In this document: piece after piece, positions 9,127-20,000 of the stretch | How the letters are laid out: every line of letters begins with the position of its first letter | Position numbering within the stretch: position 1 is the first letter of the stretch | Assembly: GCA_023488435.1 (NCBI GenBank) | Contig: JAMDCK010000019.1 | Span: forward strand, 50,967 to 114,966 | From: Actinomycetota bacterium | GTDB lineage: Bacteria > Actinomycetota > Coriobacteriia > Anaerosomatales > UBA912 | Length of the DNA stretch: 64,000 nucleotides | Direction of reading: 5' to 3' | The notes under the pieces: generated by a model | What the model was told of the DNA's origin: nothing | Database searches by the model: none | The model's input: the letters and a program-made list of their open reading frames with translations, nothing else | Position numbers and translations under genes: made by a program

Positions 9127-10692
9127 TCATTCCCACTCTATAGTTCCCGGCGGTTTGCTAGTCACATCATACGCAACCCTATTGATGCCATCGACCTCAT
9201 TGATGATGCGGTTGCTCATCTTGGCCAGCAAATCGTGAGGGAGTCGCGCCCAGTCGGCGGTCATGGCATCAACGGAGGACACGGCCCTGATGATGATCGG
9301 CCTTCCGTATGTCCTTTCGTCGCCCATGACCCCTACGCTGCGGATATCGGGAAGTACGCCGAAATACTGCCAGACGCTCCTCTCCGTGTCCCAGGCACCA
9401 ATCTCCTCGCGGATGATCGCATCAGCGGCTCTCAAAGTTTCAAGCTTCTCACCGGTGATCTCACCGATGATCCTCACGCCGAGACCCGGACCCGGGAACG
9501 GCTGCCTGTGGACGATCTCATCGGGCAGCCCTATTTCGGAACCGACAGCCCTGACCTCGTCTTTGAAGAGCGCCTTCAGCGGCTCGATGAGCTCGAAGTG
9601 GACTCCTTCGGGGAACGGTATCAGGTTGTGATGGCTCTTGATCTTGGCCGCCGTCTTGTTTCCTGACTCTATCACGTCTGGATATAGGGTGCCTTGAGCC
9701 AGCCAGCGAACACCTTGCAGTGCCGCAGCTTGCTCGAAGAACACCTTCCAGAACTCCTCGCCGATGAGACGCCGCTTCTCTTCTGGGTCGGTGACGCCTT
9801 CGAGTACCTTGAGGTAGCGGTCGGCAGCATCGACCCGGATCAGGTCGACGTGGAACTGCCCGCGGAACACGCGCACGACATCCTCGGCCTCGCCCTCCCG
9901 CATCATGCCGTGATCGACGAAAACGCATGTCAGGCGATCACCTATCGCTTTGTGGAGCAGTGCAGCCACCACACTGGAGTCCACGCCACCCGAAAGGCCG
10001 CAGATGACTCTGTCGTCGCCGACCATCTCGCGGACCCGCTCGACGGTCTCGTCGATGATGTTGAACGTGGTCCAGCCAGGAGGAATCCCCGCTATCTCAT
10101 AGAGGAAATTCTTGATCATCGCCTGTCCGAAGTCAGTGTGTGCGACCTCGGGGTGGAACTGCGTGGCGTAAAGGTTGCGTGCGGGATCCTCGAACGAGGC
10201 GATTCCCGTTATAGGAGTGCACGAGGTGATTGTGAATCCGGATGGCGGCGAAACGACAGAATCCCTATGACTCATCCAGCACTGCGACAGAGCCGGAACA
10301 CCACGGAATAGTCGGCTCTCGGCATCGGTCACTCGCAGCTCTGCCGAGCCGTACTCCCCGACCTCCGCGACTGCTATCTCGCCGCCGAGGTGAAGCGCCA
10401 TCTCCTGGAACCCGTAACAGAAACCGAGTACCGGTATCCCCAGACCGAGCAGCTCCGGGTCCATGTGCGGCGAATCCTCGGCATAAACGCTCGCGGGGCC
10501 GCCGGAGAGTATGAGGGCCGCAGGCTTGCGATCCCGCACTTCTGCGGCGGTGATTTCGTGGCTGACGATCTCGCTGTAGACCCGCGCCTCTCGCACTCGC
10601 CGTGCGATGAGCTGCGCGTACTGTGCGCCGAAGTCGAGTACGAGTACCGTGGGTTGCTGCTCGTGATAGGAAGTCTCGGTCATCGCTAGCAC
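9127..10692 (-). CDS. guaA: GMP synthase (glutamine-hydrolysing)
   Basis: GATase domain (LVLDFGAQY, GFCYGFQ, HPE). ATP-PPase motif GLSGGVDSSV. C-terminal PPGTIEWE. The start is ambiguous (10692 or 10683). Confidence 0.95.
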   Translation of the reverse strand: MLAMTETSYHEQQPTVLVLDFGAQYAQLIARRVREARVYSEIVSHEITAAEVRDRKPAALILSGGPASVYAEDSPHMDPELLGLGIPVLGFCYGFQEMALHLGGEIAVAEVGEYGSAELRVTDAESRLFRGVPALSQCWMSHRDSVVSPPSGFTITSCTPITGIASFEDPARNLYATQFHPEVAHTDFGQAMIKNFLYEIAGIPPGWTTFNIIDETVERVREMVGDDRVICGLSGGVDSSVVAALLHKAIGDRLTCVFVDHGMMREGEAEDVVRVFRGQFHVDLIRVDAADRYLKVLEGVTDPEEKRRLIGEEFWKVFFEQAAALQGVRWLAQGTLYPDVIESGNKTAAKIKSHHNLIPFPEGVHFELIEPLKALFKDEVRAVGSEIGLPDEIVHRQPFPGPGLGVRIIGEITGEKLETLRAADAIIREEIGAWDTERSVWQYFGVLPDIRSVGVMGDERTYGRPIIIRAVSSVDAMTADWARLPHDLLAKMSNRIINEVDGINRVAYDVTSKPPGTIEWE

Positions 10693-11855
10693 ATACCGAC
10701 GCCCTGCGCCTGCTGAAGCGTCTTGCCTTCAGTCTGGAGCGCTGGGGCAACCATGACCTCGGCCTTCTGGAAGGCTTTGAGGTTCTCATAACCGCACGTA
10801 GCCAGGGAGGTACGCAGTCCTCCGCACAGGTTCATGGTGCCGTCGTTGTCGTGTGCGGGGCCGAGCAGGATCTCCTCGAGCGAGCCTTTGATGCCGGCGC
10901 GCACGCGAGTGCCACGCGGCAGGTCGGGGTGGAAGGTCGCCATACCCCAGTGAGTGCCGCGACCCGGAGCCTCTGAAGCGGCCGCCAGGGGCGAACCGAT
11001 CATGACCGCATCAGCCCCGACAGCGATCGCCTTCGAGATGTCGCCACCTGTCCGCATACCGCCATCAGCGATGACGTGGGTGTAGACGCCGGTCTCTTCG
11101 AGGAATCGCGTCCTGGCAGCAGCGGCATCGGCGATGGCAGTGCACTGAGGAACGCCGATTCCAAGAACCGCTCTTGTGGTGCATGCGTGTCCCGGGCCCA
11201 CTCCAACAAGTACGCCGACGGCTCCGGCCCTCATCAGATGCAGCGCGCCCTGGTAGCTGCAGCACCCACCGATGATGCACGGAATGCCCAGCTCGCGAAC
11301 GAAGGTGTTGAGGTCAAGGGGCTGGTCGTAGCTGGACTTGTGCTCTGCCGAGACGACCGTTCCCTGGATCACCAGGATGTCAAGTCCGCCCTCAAGAGCG
11401 GCACCGATGTAGCGTTCCACGTTCTGGGGCGTCAGCGATCCAGCAGCAAGGGCCCCGCCTTCTTTGATCTCGCGGATCCGTTGGGTGATCAGGTGTTCCT
11501 TGACAGGCTCCCGATAGATCTCCTGCATCTTGTGGGTGGCCTCTTCCTTGGTGAACGAAGCGATCGCATCAAGAAGCGGCGCTGGGTCCTCATAGCGAGT
11601 CTGAATGCCTTCTAGATTCAGCACGGCCAGCCCACCCTTTCGGCCCATGTTCACCGCGAATGGCACATCCACGACGCCATCCATCGCCGAAGCCAAGACG
11701 GGCAACTCGAAGCGGTACTCTCTTCCTCGGAAGGTGAACGTCCATGAGATGTCGACATCGCGAGGGTCTCTCGTGCGACGCGATGGCACTATAGCGATGT
11801 CGTTGAATCCATAGGCCCTGCGCCCGGTCTTGCCACGCCCGATCTCGATCTCCAT
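10686..11855 (-). CDS. guaB3: GuaB3-type IMP dehydrogenase-family protein (no CBS subdomain)
   Basis: MEIEIGRGKTGRRAYGFNDIAIVPSRRTRDP resembles the actinobacterial GuaB3 N-terminus. TIM-barrel motifs are GVGPGHACTT and IADGGMRTGGD. 389 aa with no CBS pair. Overlaps guaA. Confidence 0.8.
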   Translation of the reverse strand: MEIEIGRGKTGRRAYGFNDIAIVPSRRTRDPRDVDISWTFTFRGREYRFELPVLASAMDGVVDVPFAVNMGRKGGLAVLNLEGIQTRYEDPAPLLDAIASFTKEEATHKMQEIYREPVKEHLITQRIREIKEGGALAAGSLTPQNVERYIGAALEGGLDILVIQGTVVSAEHKSSYDQPLDLNTFVRELGIPCIIGGCCSYQGALHLMRAGAVGVLVGVGPGHACTTRAVLGIGVPQCTAIADAAAARTRFLEETGVYTHVIADGGMRTGGDISKAIAVGADAVMIGSPLAAASEAPGRGTHWGMATFHPDLPRGTRVRAGIKGSLEEILLGPAHDNDGTMNLCGGLRTSLATCGYENLKAFQKAEVMVAPALQTEGKTLQQAQGVGMC

Positions 11856-11893
11856 ATATGAAACGCCTCCTCGCTGAGTGCCACGGTCTTGGT

Positions 11894-11922
11894 ATTCTAT
11901 GCCTTTTTGGGACAGGATTGAA
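11894..11922 (-). promoter_or_regulatory. Candidate sigma-70-type promoter for guaB3-guaA-CM-DAHPS
   Basis: The minus strand reads TTCAAT, a 17-nt spacer, then TAGAAT. The -10 element lies about 39 nt upstream of the guaB3 ATG. Confidence 0.35.
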
Positions 11923-12004
11923 CCTTCTTAGCTATAATCTTAAAGTCGAAAGGCGTTAGAGCCGAACATTCACAATATAGCCGCCGAGAGGTCGTTTTGT
12001 AGCC

Positions 12005-13672
12005 ATGCATCCCACCACCAGACTTCGTACGTCGCTGATCGCGCTCTTCGCCGCAGCATTATTCCTCTTCGCCCCGCCTTACCATGCTGCCGAAGCATCC
12101 ACCCCTGCGGGTCGCGTGTTCCTCGACCCTGGCCACGGCGGGCGGTGGCCGGGAGCGGTCTACGGAGGTATCCGAGAAGCGGATCTCGCCCTCGTCTACG
12201 CCCTTGAGATCCAGCGCAACCTGAGAGTTCAAGGCCACTCGACCATGCTCAGCCGAACATCCAATGTGAACGTAGGCAACGTCGATATACCTACCTGGAG
12301 TACATCGGGAACCTATGCCGCGGTCGGTGGATTCACCCTCGCAGATGACCTGCAAGCCAGATGCAACTTAGCGAACGCCTGGGGAGCGGACGTCTTCGTC
12401 TCGATACACGCCAACGCGGCGGTGTCCTCGGCGGCCAACGGGGCTGAGACCTTCTGGCGCAACACCGGAAGCATGACGGACAGACAGCTATCCAGACGTC
12501 TGGCCGATCTGATACAGCAAGAATACATCTTGGAGACGGGACTCGTGGACCGCGGAGTCAAGGAGGATTCGTTCTACGTGCTTCGCTGGTCGAACATGCC
12601 TGCCGTGCTTGTGGAGACCGGCTTTATGAGCAATCCCACAGAGCTTCAGCGGCTCATCAACCCAACATTCCAGAGGGACGCTTCAGCAGCTGTGGCAAGA
12701 GGGATAGACCGCTTCCTTCGCTCTAACCCATTCCGGTCGATCTACCCGCGCCTCGCTGGATCCGATCGGTTCGCGACTGCGGCTGCGGTTGCCGGCTCCC
12801 GATGGCCTACGACCGCTGAGACTGTGATCTTAGCCTCTGGAGCGGACTGGCCTGACGCGATGGTCGGATCCACCCTGTCTCGGAGAATGAACGCCCCCAT
12901 GCTTCTGGTGGGTGGCGATGCGATCACCGAGGAGACACGGGCGCGTATCGCCAGATTGCGGCCTTCGAGGATCGTCGTCCTCGGAGGCGAGGCGGCAGTG
13001 AGTCCTGGAGCGGTCAACAGTGCGGTTAGCGCAACGGGTCGAGCGGCGGGCTCGGTAACCGTAGAGCGCATCGCTGGCGACGACCGGTTCTCAACGGCGG
13101 CCCAGATCGCTACCCGGGTCGGCGTGCCTGCCGACGGCAGGGTGTTCGTGGTCTCAGGTGCGAACTTCCCTGATGCGCTGTCGGTAGGATCCTACGCCGG
13201 AGCTCTAGGCGCCCCGATCCTGCTGGCCGATCGGGGCGTAATCCCGACGGAGACACTCTCGTTGCTGACAGCGAACAACACAGCAATCCAGCGGATCGAA
13301 GTCATCGGCGGCACGGGCGCCATCGGACCGGAGATCGAGGCGCAGTTGCGAACCTTCGGCACTGTAAGACGCATCGCTGGCGCGGATCGGTTCCGGACCA
13401 ACGTCGCTGTCATCCGAGCATTCATGGGGACCGCAGCGGTAAGTCCGCTCGTAGCCAACGCCGACGCCTTCCCTGATGCTCTGAGTGCGTCAACGATCGC
13501 AGCAGCTGGGAGCCGACCTGTCGTACTGGTCAGGCAGCGCAACCTCCCGGCCCCAACCCGCGAGTTCCTCTTCCACCACCGTTCGAGGCTGACCACCCCT
13601 ACAGTCGTTGGGGGAACCGGAGCCGTATCCTCGCAGATGGAGTGGATGATACAGAAAGGCTTCGGCAGATAG
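12005..13672 (+). CDS. Secreted N-acetylmuramoyl-L-alanine amidase (Amidase_3) with three C-terminal CWB2 cell-wall-binding repeats
   Basis: Signal peptide MHPTTRLRTSLIALFAAALFLFAPPYHAAEA. Amidase_3 motifs are LDPGHGG, SIHANA, ETGFMSN. Three repeats of about 100 aa each begin with R(L/I)AG(S/D/A)DRF.T and contain FPDAL and GG(E/T)(A/G)A(V/I). Confidence 0.85.
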   Translation: MHPTTRLRTSLIALFAAALFLFAPPYHAAEASTPAGRVFLDPGHGGRWPGAVYGGIREADLALVYALEIQRNLRVQGHSTMLSRTSNVNVGNVDIPTWSTSGTYAAVGGFTLADDLQARCNLANAWGADVFVSIHANAAVSSAANGAETFWRNTGSMTDRQLSRRLADLIQQEYILETGLVDRGVKEDSFYVLRWSNMPAVLVETGFMSNPTELQRLINPTFQRDASAAVARGIDRFLRSNPFRSIYPRLAGSDRFATAAAVAGSRWPTTAETVILASGADWPDAMVGSTLSRRMNAPMLLVGGDAITEETRARIARLRPSRIVVLGGEAAVSPGAVNSAVSATGRAAGSVTVERIAGDDRFSTAAQIATRVGVPADGRVFVVSGANFPDALSVGSYAGALGAPILLADRGVIPTETLSLLTANNTAIQRIEVIGGTGAIGPEIEAQLRTFGTVRRIAGADRFRTNVAVIRAFMGTAAVSPLVANADAFPDALSASTIAAAGSRPVVLVRQRNLPAPTREFLFHHRSRLTTPTVVGGTGAVSSQMEWMIQKGFGR

Positions 13673-13678
13673 CGCTCG

Positions 13679-14743
13679 CTAGACGTTGAACCTGAAGTGG
13701 ATGACGTCCCCGTCCGCGACGACATACTCCTTGCCTTCGATGCGCAGTTTTCCCGCCTCACGCGCTGGCTTCTCTCCGCCGAGGGCGACGTAGTCGGCGT
13801 AGCCCACGACCTCAGCTTTGATGAAGCCCCGCTCGAAGTCGGAGTGTATCGCTCCGGCAGCCTGAGGAGCTTTCGAGCCGATCGGAGTCGTCCACGCACG
13901 GACCTCCTTCTCGCCTGCAGTGAAGAAGCTGTGCAGGCCTAGGAGGCGATAGGCCTCTCGGATCAGCGTGTCCAGGCCGGGTTCCGACAGACCTATGGCT
14001 TCGAGGTACTCCGTTGCGGTCTCGGCATCCATCTCGGCGAGTTCGGCCTCGACCTTGCCGCAGATCGCGATGGGGGTGACGCCGCCGATGGGCGCAATGG
14101 TGTCTCCCAGCGCACTCTCGTCCACGTTGGCGACGTAGAGGTGCGGCTTTGCGGTGAGCAGGTGTAAGTCGCGGATGGATTCGCGCTCCTCGGCGGTCAT
14201 CTCGAGTGTCCGGGCCGGCATGCCCGAGTCGAGCCAGGCCGAGAGCCTTCGGATCAACTCCACCATGCCGAGAAGGGCCTTGTCCTTCTTCGCTTCCTTC
14301 TCGAGTCTTACAAGCGCCTTCTCAGTGGTTGCGACGTCTGCCAAGACGAGCTCCATCTTGATGACTTCTGCGTCGGTAATCGGATCGACGCGCCCGTCAA
14401 CGTGGATGACGTCGGGGTCGGTGAAGTGGCGGACCACCTCGCAGATCGCATCGGTCTCGCGGATGTGCGCCAGGAAGCGGTTGCCCAGCCCCTCGCCTTC
14501 GCTAGCCCCTTGGACGAGCCCTGCGATGTCAACGAACTCAACTGTCGCTGGAACGACCTCTTGAGGCTGCACGATCTTGGCGAGTGCCGCCAGGCGGGCG
14601 TCGGGGACGGGCACCACACCGACGTTCGGGTCGATCGTGGCAAAGGGGTAATTGGCAGCGAGGCCGGTCTTGCGGGTGAGTGCCGTGAAGAGGGTCGACT
14701 TGCCTACGTTCGGCAGGCCGACTATGCCTATGGAAAGGGACAT
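13679..14743 (-). CDS. ychF: Redox-regulated ribosome-binding ATPase YchF
   Basis: IGIVGLPNVGKSTLFTALT, DIAGLV.GAS.GEGLGN.FL and a C-terminal TGS-like IHFRFNV. Confidence 0.95.
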   Translation of the reverse strand: MSLSIGIVGLPNVGKSTLFTALTRKTGLAANYPFATIDPNVGVVPVPDARLAALAKIVQPQEVVPATVEFVDIAGLVQGASEGEGLGNRFLAHIRETDAICEVVRHFTDPDVIHVDGRVDPITDAEVIKMELVLADVATTEKALVRLEKEAKKDKALLGMVELIRRLSAWLDSGMPARTLEMTAEERESIRDLHLLTAKPHLYVANVDESALGDTIAPIGGVTPIAICGKVEAELAEMDAETATEYLEAIGLSEPGLDTLIREAYRLLGLHSFFTAGEKEVRAWTTPIGSKAPQAAGAIHSDFERGFIKAEVVGYADYVALGGEKPAREAGKLRIEGKEYVVADGDVIHFRFNV

Positions 14744-14894
14744 ACTGGTTCGCTTCTCCGATCATGATGCTGGGGTGCGTTTCGGGCCAGGTGCGCTTTA
14801 GACTCTGGTACTCTACTCGATAGTCGGCCCGGTCGCTACCCTGCGCGGTCCCGACCTGCCAGCTGCACTACGACTGGAAACGAGGTGCCTGCCC

Positions 14895-16046
14895 GTGCGC
14901 ATCGGGATGTTCGCAGATATGTACAAGCCTCACGTCAGCGGGGTCACCAACTACATCAGCATGTACAAGACCCGGTTTGAACAGCTCGGACACGAAGTCT
15001 ACGTCTTCACCTACGGCAACCGTTCGTACACGGATGAGGAAGTCAACGTGATCCGCTCCCCCGCAATCGCATGGGGGAACACGGGATGGCAGATGGGACT
15101 GTCCTTGTCGCAAGAGGCCAAGAAGCTCATCCCGACCATGGATGTTGCGCACATCCATCATCCCTTCCTCTCGGGCAGAGTCGCGATACGCGAGTGCGGA
15201 CCGCATAGAATCCCACTTGTGTTCACGAACCACTCTCGGTACGACATCTTCGCAGACGAATACGCCGCCTTCCTCCCCCGGAACATGCGAATGGCATTCC
15301 TCAGGTCCTACCTGGGCGCCTTCGCAAAGAAGATGGACATGTACCTGGCTCCATCGGCGGGAATCATCGAATGGCTACATGAGATGGGCATCGACGAGAA
15401 CGTCCACCTGCACAACAATGTCATCGACACCCCGGCCTTCCTGCACCCTCAAAACCCCAGACAACGCTCGGAGTTCGGCTGGACGAGCCATGAGATTGTG
15501 TTCTGTCACCTTGGCAGGTTCGCTGCGGAGAAGAACATCGATGTGCTGCTCGAGTCCTACGTGACGCTCGCACGGCAGGAGCCTAGGTCGCGATTGTTGC
15601 TCATCGGCGACGGCCCTAGGCGCGCCGACATGGATGCAAAGCTACGGGAGTGCGGGATTATCGACAACGTGCACTTCGCAGGCAGCACGCCGTACTCCGA
15701 GGTCCCCGGGCTGCTCGGAATCGCCGACGTGTTCGTGACCGCCTCGGTATCCGAGACCTTCCCGCTCGTGCTGATGGAGGCCGCTGCGGCAGGCCTCGCG
15801 CTTGTCGGCGTAAGCTCGCCGGGTGTAAGCGACATCATCATCGATGGGGAGACCGGCTTTCTCGCCACGAACTCCGCCGCTGATCTTGCCGAGAAGCTCG
15901 GTCGGCTCGCGAGCGACGACTCGCTGCGCCAGCGGATGAAGGCCGCCGCCCGACAGTCGGCTGAGCGCTTCGATATCAAGCCGATGGCCGACAAGCTGCT
16001 ATCGCACTACGAGGCGCACATCGCCTCGCGAAGGTCCGCTTCCTGA
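14895..16046 (+). CDS. GT4-family (GT-B) glycosyltransferase
   Basis: MRIGMFADMYKPHVSGV at the N-terminus. EX7E-type C-terminal region (ETFPLVLMEAAAAGLALV). GTG start at 14895. Confidence 0.8.
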   Translation: MRIGMFADMYKPHVSGVTNYISMYKTRFEQLGHEVYVFTYGNRSYTDEEVNVIRSPAIAWGNTGWQMGLSLSQEAKKLIPTMDVAHIHHPFLSGRVAIRECGPHRIPLVFTNHSRYDIFADEYAAFLPRNMRMAFLRSYLGAFAKKMDMYLAPSAGIIEWLHEMGIDENVHLHNNVIDTPAFLHPQNPRQRSEFGWTSHEIVFCHLGRFAAEKNIDVLLESYVTLARQEPRSRLLLIGDGPRRADMDAKLRECGIIDNVHFAGSTPYSEVPGLLGIADVFVTASVSETFPLVLMEAAAAGLALVGVSSPGVSDIIIDGETGFLATNSAADLAEKLGRLASDDSLRQRMKAAARQSAERFDIKPMADKLLSHYEAHIASRRSAS

Positions 16047-16090
16047 TTGCGACTGCGGTCGCGTCTCCGGTCGCATTCGCCTGCAATGAC

Positions 16091-16124
16091 GACGGCCCCT
16101 TGGCGATGAAGCCTCGGGGCCGTC
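16091..16124. terminator. GC-rich hairpin between the convergent glycosyltransferase and groEL genes (candidate bidirectional terminator)
   Basis: GACGGCCCC, a 16-nt loop, then GGGGCCGTC. Lies between the stop codons at 16046 and 16160. Confidence 0.5.
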
Positions 16125-16159
16125 TCCAAATGCCTGGTCCTCTTTGCGGGGAGGGCAGC

Positions 16160-17788
<1,629 letters not shown>

Positions 17789-17829
17789 CTAAGGTATCTC
17801 CTCCTTCACTGGTTGGTGGAAAAGACAGA

Positions 17830-18123
17830 CTAATCGACGACGACCGCAATGATGTCACGCTCTGCATCGAGGATCTTGTACTCGACGCTGTCGATCTTGA
17901 CCTCGCTACCGCCGTACTTGCTGAAGATGACCGTGTCGCCGACTTTGACATCGATAGCGACCCTGGTTCCGTCATCCTTGAGCTTGCCCTCGCCGACGGC
18001 GACGACTTCCCCGCGCTGGGGCTTCTCCTTGGCGGTGTCGGGGATGAATAGACCGCTCTGGGTCTTCTCCTCGGCTTCCGCCGGCTTGACGATCACGCGA
18101 TCGCCCAACGGCCTCAAATTCAT
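17830..18123 (-). CDS. groES: Co-chaperonin GroES
   Basis: [44 protein letters not shown]. The ATG at 18123 fits the family length (97 aa). The track start at 18195 is over-extended. Confidence 0.95.
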   Translation of the reverse strand: MNLRPLGDRVIVKPAEAEEKTQSGLFIPDTAKEKPQRGEVVAVGEGKLKDDGTRVAIDVKVGDTVIFSKYGGSEVKIDSVEYKILDAERDIIAVVVD

Positions 18124-18253
18124 GTGCTGCCCTCCTGTTTTCGAAACGCGGACACGGACCTTCTCTGTGGTGCGATGCCGACCGGTTCGCCGCATAGGGC
18201 TTCAGGGCCTGCTTCGGGTATATTCCCGTTTCGCACCCGCATGAGACAAGTTT

Positions 18254-18280
18254 CTAGCACTCAGATTCGAAGAGTGCTAG
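18254..18280 (-). promoter_or_regulatory. CIRCE operator (HrcA binding site)
   Basis: CTAGCACTC-N9-GAGTGCTAG compared with the consensus TTAGCACTC-N9-GAGTGCTAA. Lies in the groES leader just downstream of the promoter. Confidence 0.85.
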
Positions 18281-18289
18281 GCAGAGATG

Positions 18290-18318
18290 ATTCTACCTGC
18301 CGAGGCAACATCGTTCAA
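18290..18318 (-). promoter_or_regulatory. groES-groEL promoter
   Basis: The minus strand reads TTGAAC, a 17-nt spacer, then TAGAAT. CIRCE begins about 10 nt downstream of the -10 element. Confidence 0.6.
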
Positions 18319-18443
18319 TAGCTTTTACCTGCGACTTTGCGAATGGGTTGAGTGGCACACGCTTAGATAATCAGGTGACGCCTTACTCAGGATAGCGGGG
18401 TCCGCGGGCGGTGTCGGCGTGCTTGCGTGGCGCTCGCAACCTT

Positions 18444-20000
18444 TTAGCCCAGGCGCAGGCCGGGGTCAGCTTCGGCGTCCAGGGCGAGCCGATCCCCTTC
18501 GAGGAACCTGAACGTTCCAGCAGCCGCGATCATCACAGCGTTGTCGGTGCATAAGTCAAGGCTGGGTACGTGCACGCTCACGCCTTCTCGGCGCATCGCG
18601 GTATCGAGAGCTTCGCGCAGGGCCCTGTTGGCCGCAACACCGCCGCCCAAGACGAACCTGTCGACTCCGCACTCCTTGACCGCCGAGAGGGCTTTGGCGA
18701 CCTGCACGTCGATGACGGCCGCCTGGAACGACGCCGCCAGGTCATGCACGTCGATCGCGCGGCCTGCAGCCTCTTCGGCACGCACGTGGTTGATCACCGC
18801 GGTCTTCAGGCCGGAAAGCGAGAATGCGAGGTCGCCCGAGTGAAGCATCGCGCGCGGGAACGGGATCGCGTTCGGGTCGCCCTCCTCGGCAAGCCGAGAG
18901 ATGACGGGGCCGCCGGGATACCCGAGTCCAAGCAACTTCGCGACCTTGTCGAACGCCTCGCCAACGGCATCGTCGAGCGTCTCGCCCAGCGTGCGGTAGA
19001 CGCCCCAGCGCGGGACGTGGATCAGTGATGTGTGCCCGCCGCTGACGATCAGCGCGACGAACGGCGGTTCGGCTGCCGAGTCACCCATGGCCGTCGCGAA
19101 CATGTGGCCTTCCAGGTGGTTCACGCCTACGAGCGGCACCCCGCTGGCCATCGCGAGGCCCTTGGCGTACGCGACGCCGACCACGAGCGCACCGACGAGC
19201 CCGGGCCCGTGCGTGACTGCGATCGCGTCGAGGTCGCCGAACGCCAGCGGCCGGCCAGCTGCCTCGCTGGCGCGCGCCATCGCCTCGTCGACGGTGCTCA
19301 CGATCGCTTCGGTGTGCTTGCGGCTCGCGATCTCCGGCACGACGCCGCCGAAGCGGTGGTGGAACTCGGTCTGGCTTGCGACCACGTCGGCAAGCACGGT
19401 CTCGCCCGCCGCCATGACCGCTGCGGCGGTCTCATCGCACGAGGTCTCGATCGCGAGCACGAGCGGCCGAGGAAGGTCCTCAGGCCCACCGAACATCCGC
19501 AGGGCTTCTGCGCCCTTCGCCGACAAGGACTCCAGGAGCTTACGGCTGCTTTCTGCGGTCAGGTCGCCCGACCACATGATGACCGCATCCTCCCCGGTCT
19601 CCGAGTAGTACTTCGGCCGGACGCCCGCGCGCGTGAGACCCGCGGACTCGTAGAGCGAGATCGCGGCTGCGTTGCTGGTGCGGACCTCCAGGGTGACGCG
19701 CACGACGCCTTCGGCGACTAGGCGCTCGTACGCTGCGCTGATCAGCGCCGAAGCGAGGCCACGCCGCCGGAAGGTCGGCTCGACCGCGAGGTTGAGTATG
19801 TGGGCCTCGTTGCCGACAAGCGCAGCTCCGACGTACCCGAGGACCGCCCGCTTGTGAGCGGCGACGAGCCATACCCTGTCTGCGCGGCCCAGCTCACAGC
19901 GGAACAGCTCCTCGCTCCACGGCGCAGGGAAACTCGCACGCTCGATGGCGGTCACGGCCTCGATGTCTGTTGCAGTCAGCGCGCGGATGTATGCGCTCAC
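18444..20000 (-). CDS. tsaD: Fusion protein: RimI-type GNAT acetyltransferase (N-terminal) plus tRNA N6-adenosine threonylcarbamoyltransferase TsaD (C-terminal)
   Basis: One continuous frame. The GTG at 20000 overlaps the tsaB stop (GTGA). The GNAT part contains ILNLAVEPTFRRRGLASALI. A linker of about 35 aa follows. The TsaD part contains LVLAIETSCDETAAAV, GVNHLEGH and GGVAAN. The upstream 143 codons of the track ORF are R/A/G-rich and overlap tsaB, so I trimmed them. Confidence 0.8.
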   Translation of the reverse strand: MSAYIRALTATDIEAVTAIERASFPAPWSEELFRCELGRADRVWLVAAHKRAVLGYVGAALVGNEAHILNLAVEPTFRRRGLASALISAAYERLVAEGVVRVTLEVRTSNAAAISLYESAGLTRAGVRPKYYSETGEDAVIMWSGDLTAESSRKLLESLSAKGAEALRMFGGPEDLPRPLVLAIETSCDETAAAVMAAGETVLADVVASQTEFHHRFGGVVPEIASRKHTEAIVSTVDEAMARASEAAGRPLAFGDLDAIAVTHGPGLVGALVVGVAYAKGLAMASGVPLVGVNHLEGHMFATAMGDSAAEPPFVALIVSGGHTSLIHVPRWGVYRTLGETLDDAVGEAFDKVAKLLGLGYPGGPVISRLAEEGDPNAIPFPRAMLHSGDLAFSLSGLKTAVINHVRAEEAAGRAIDVHDLAASFQAAVIDVQVAKALSAVKECGVDRFVLGGGVAANRALREALDTAMRREGVSVHVPSLDLCTDNAVMIAAAGTFRFLEGDRLALDAEADPGLRLG

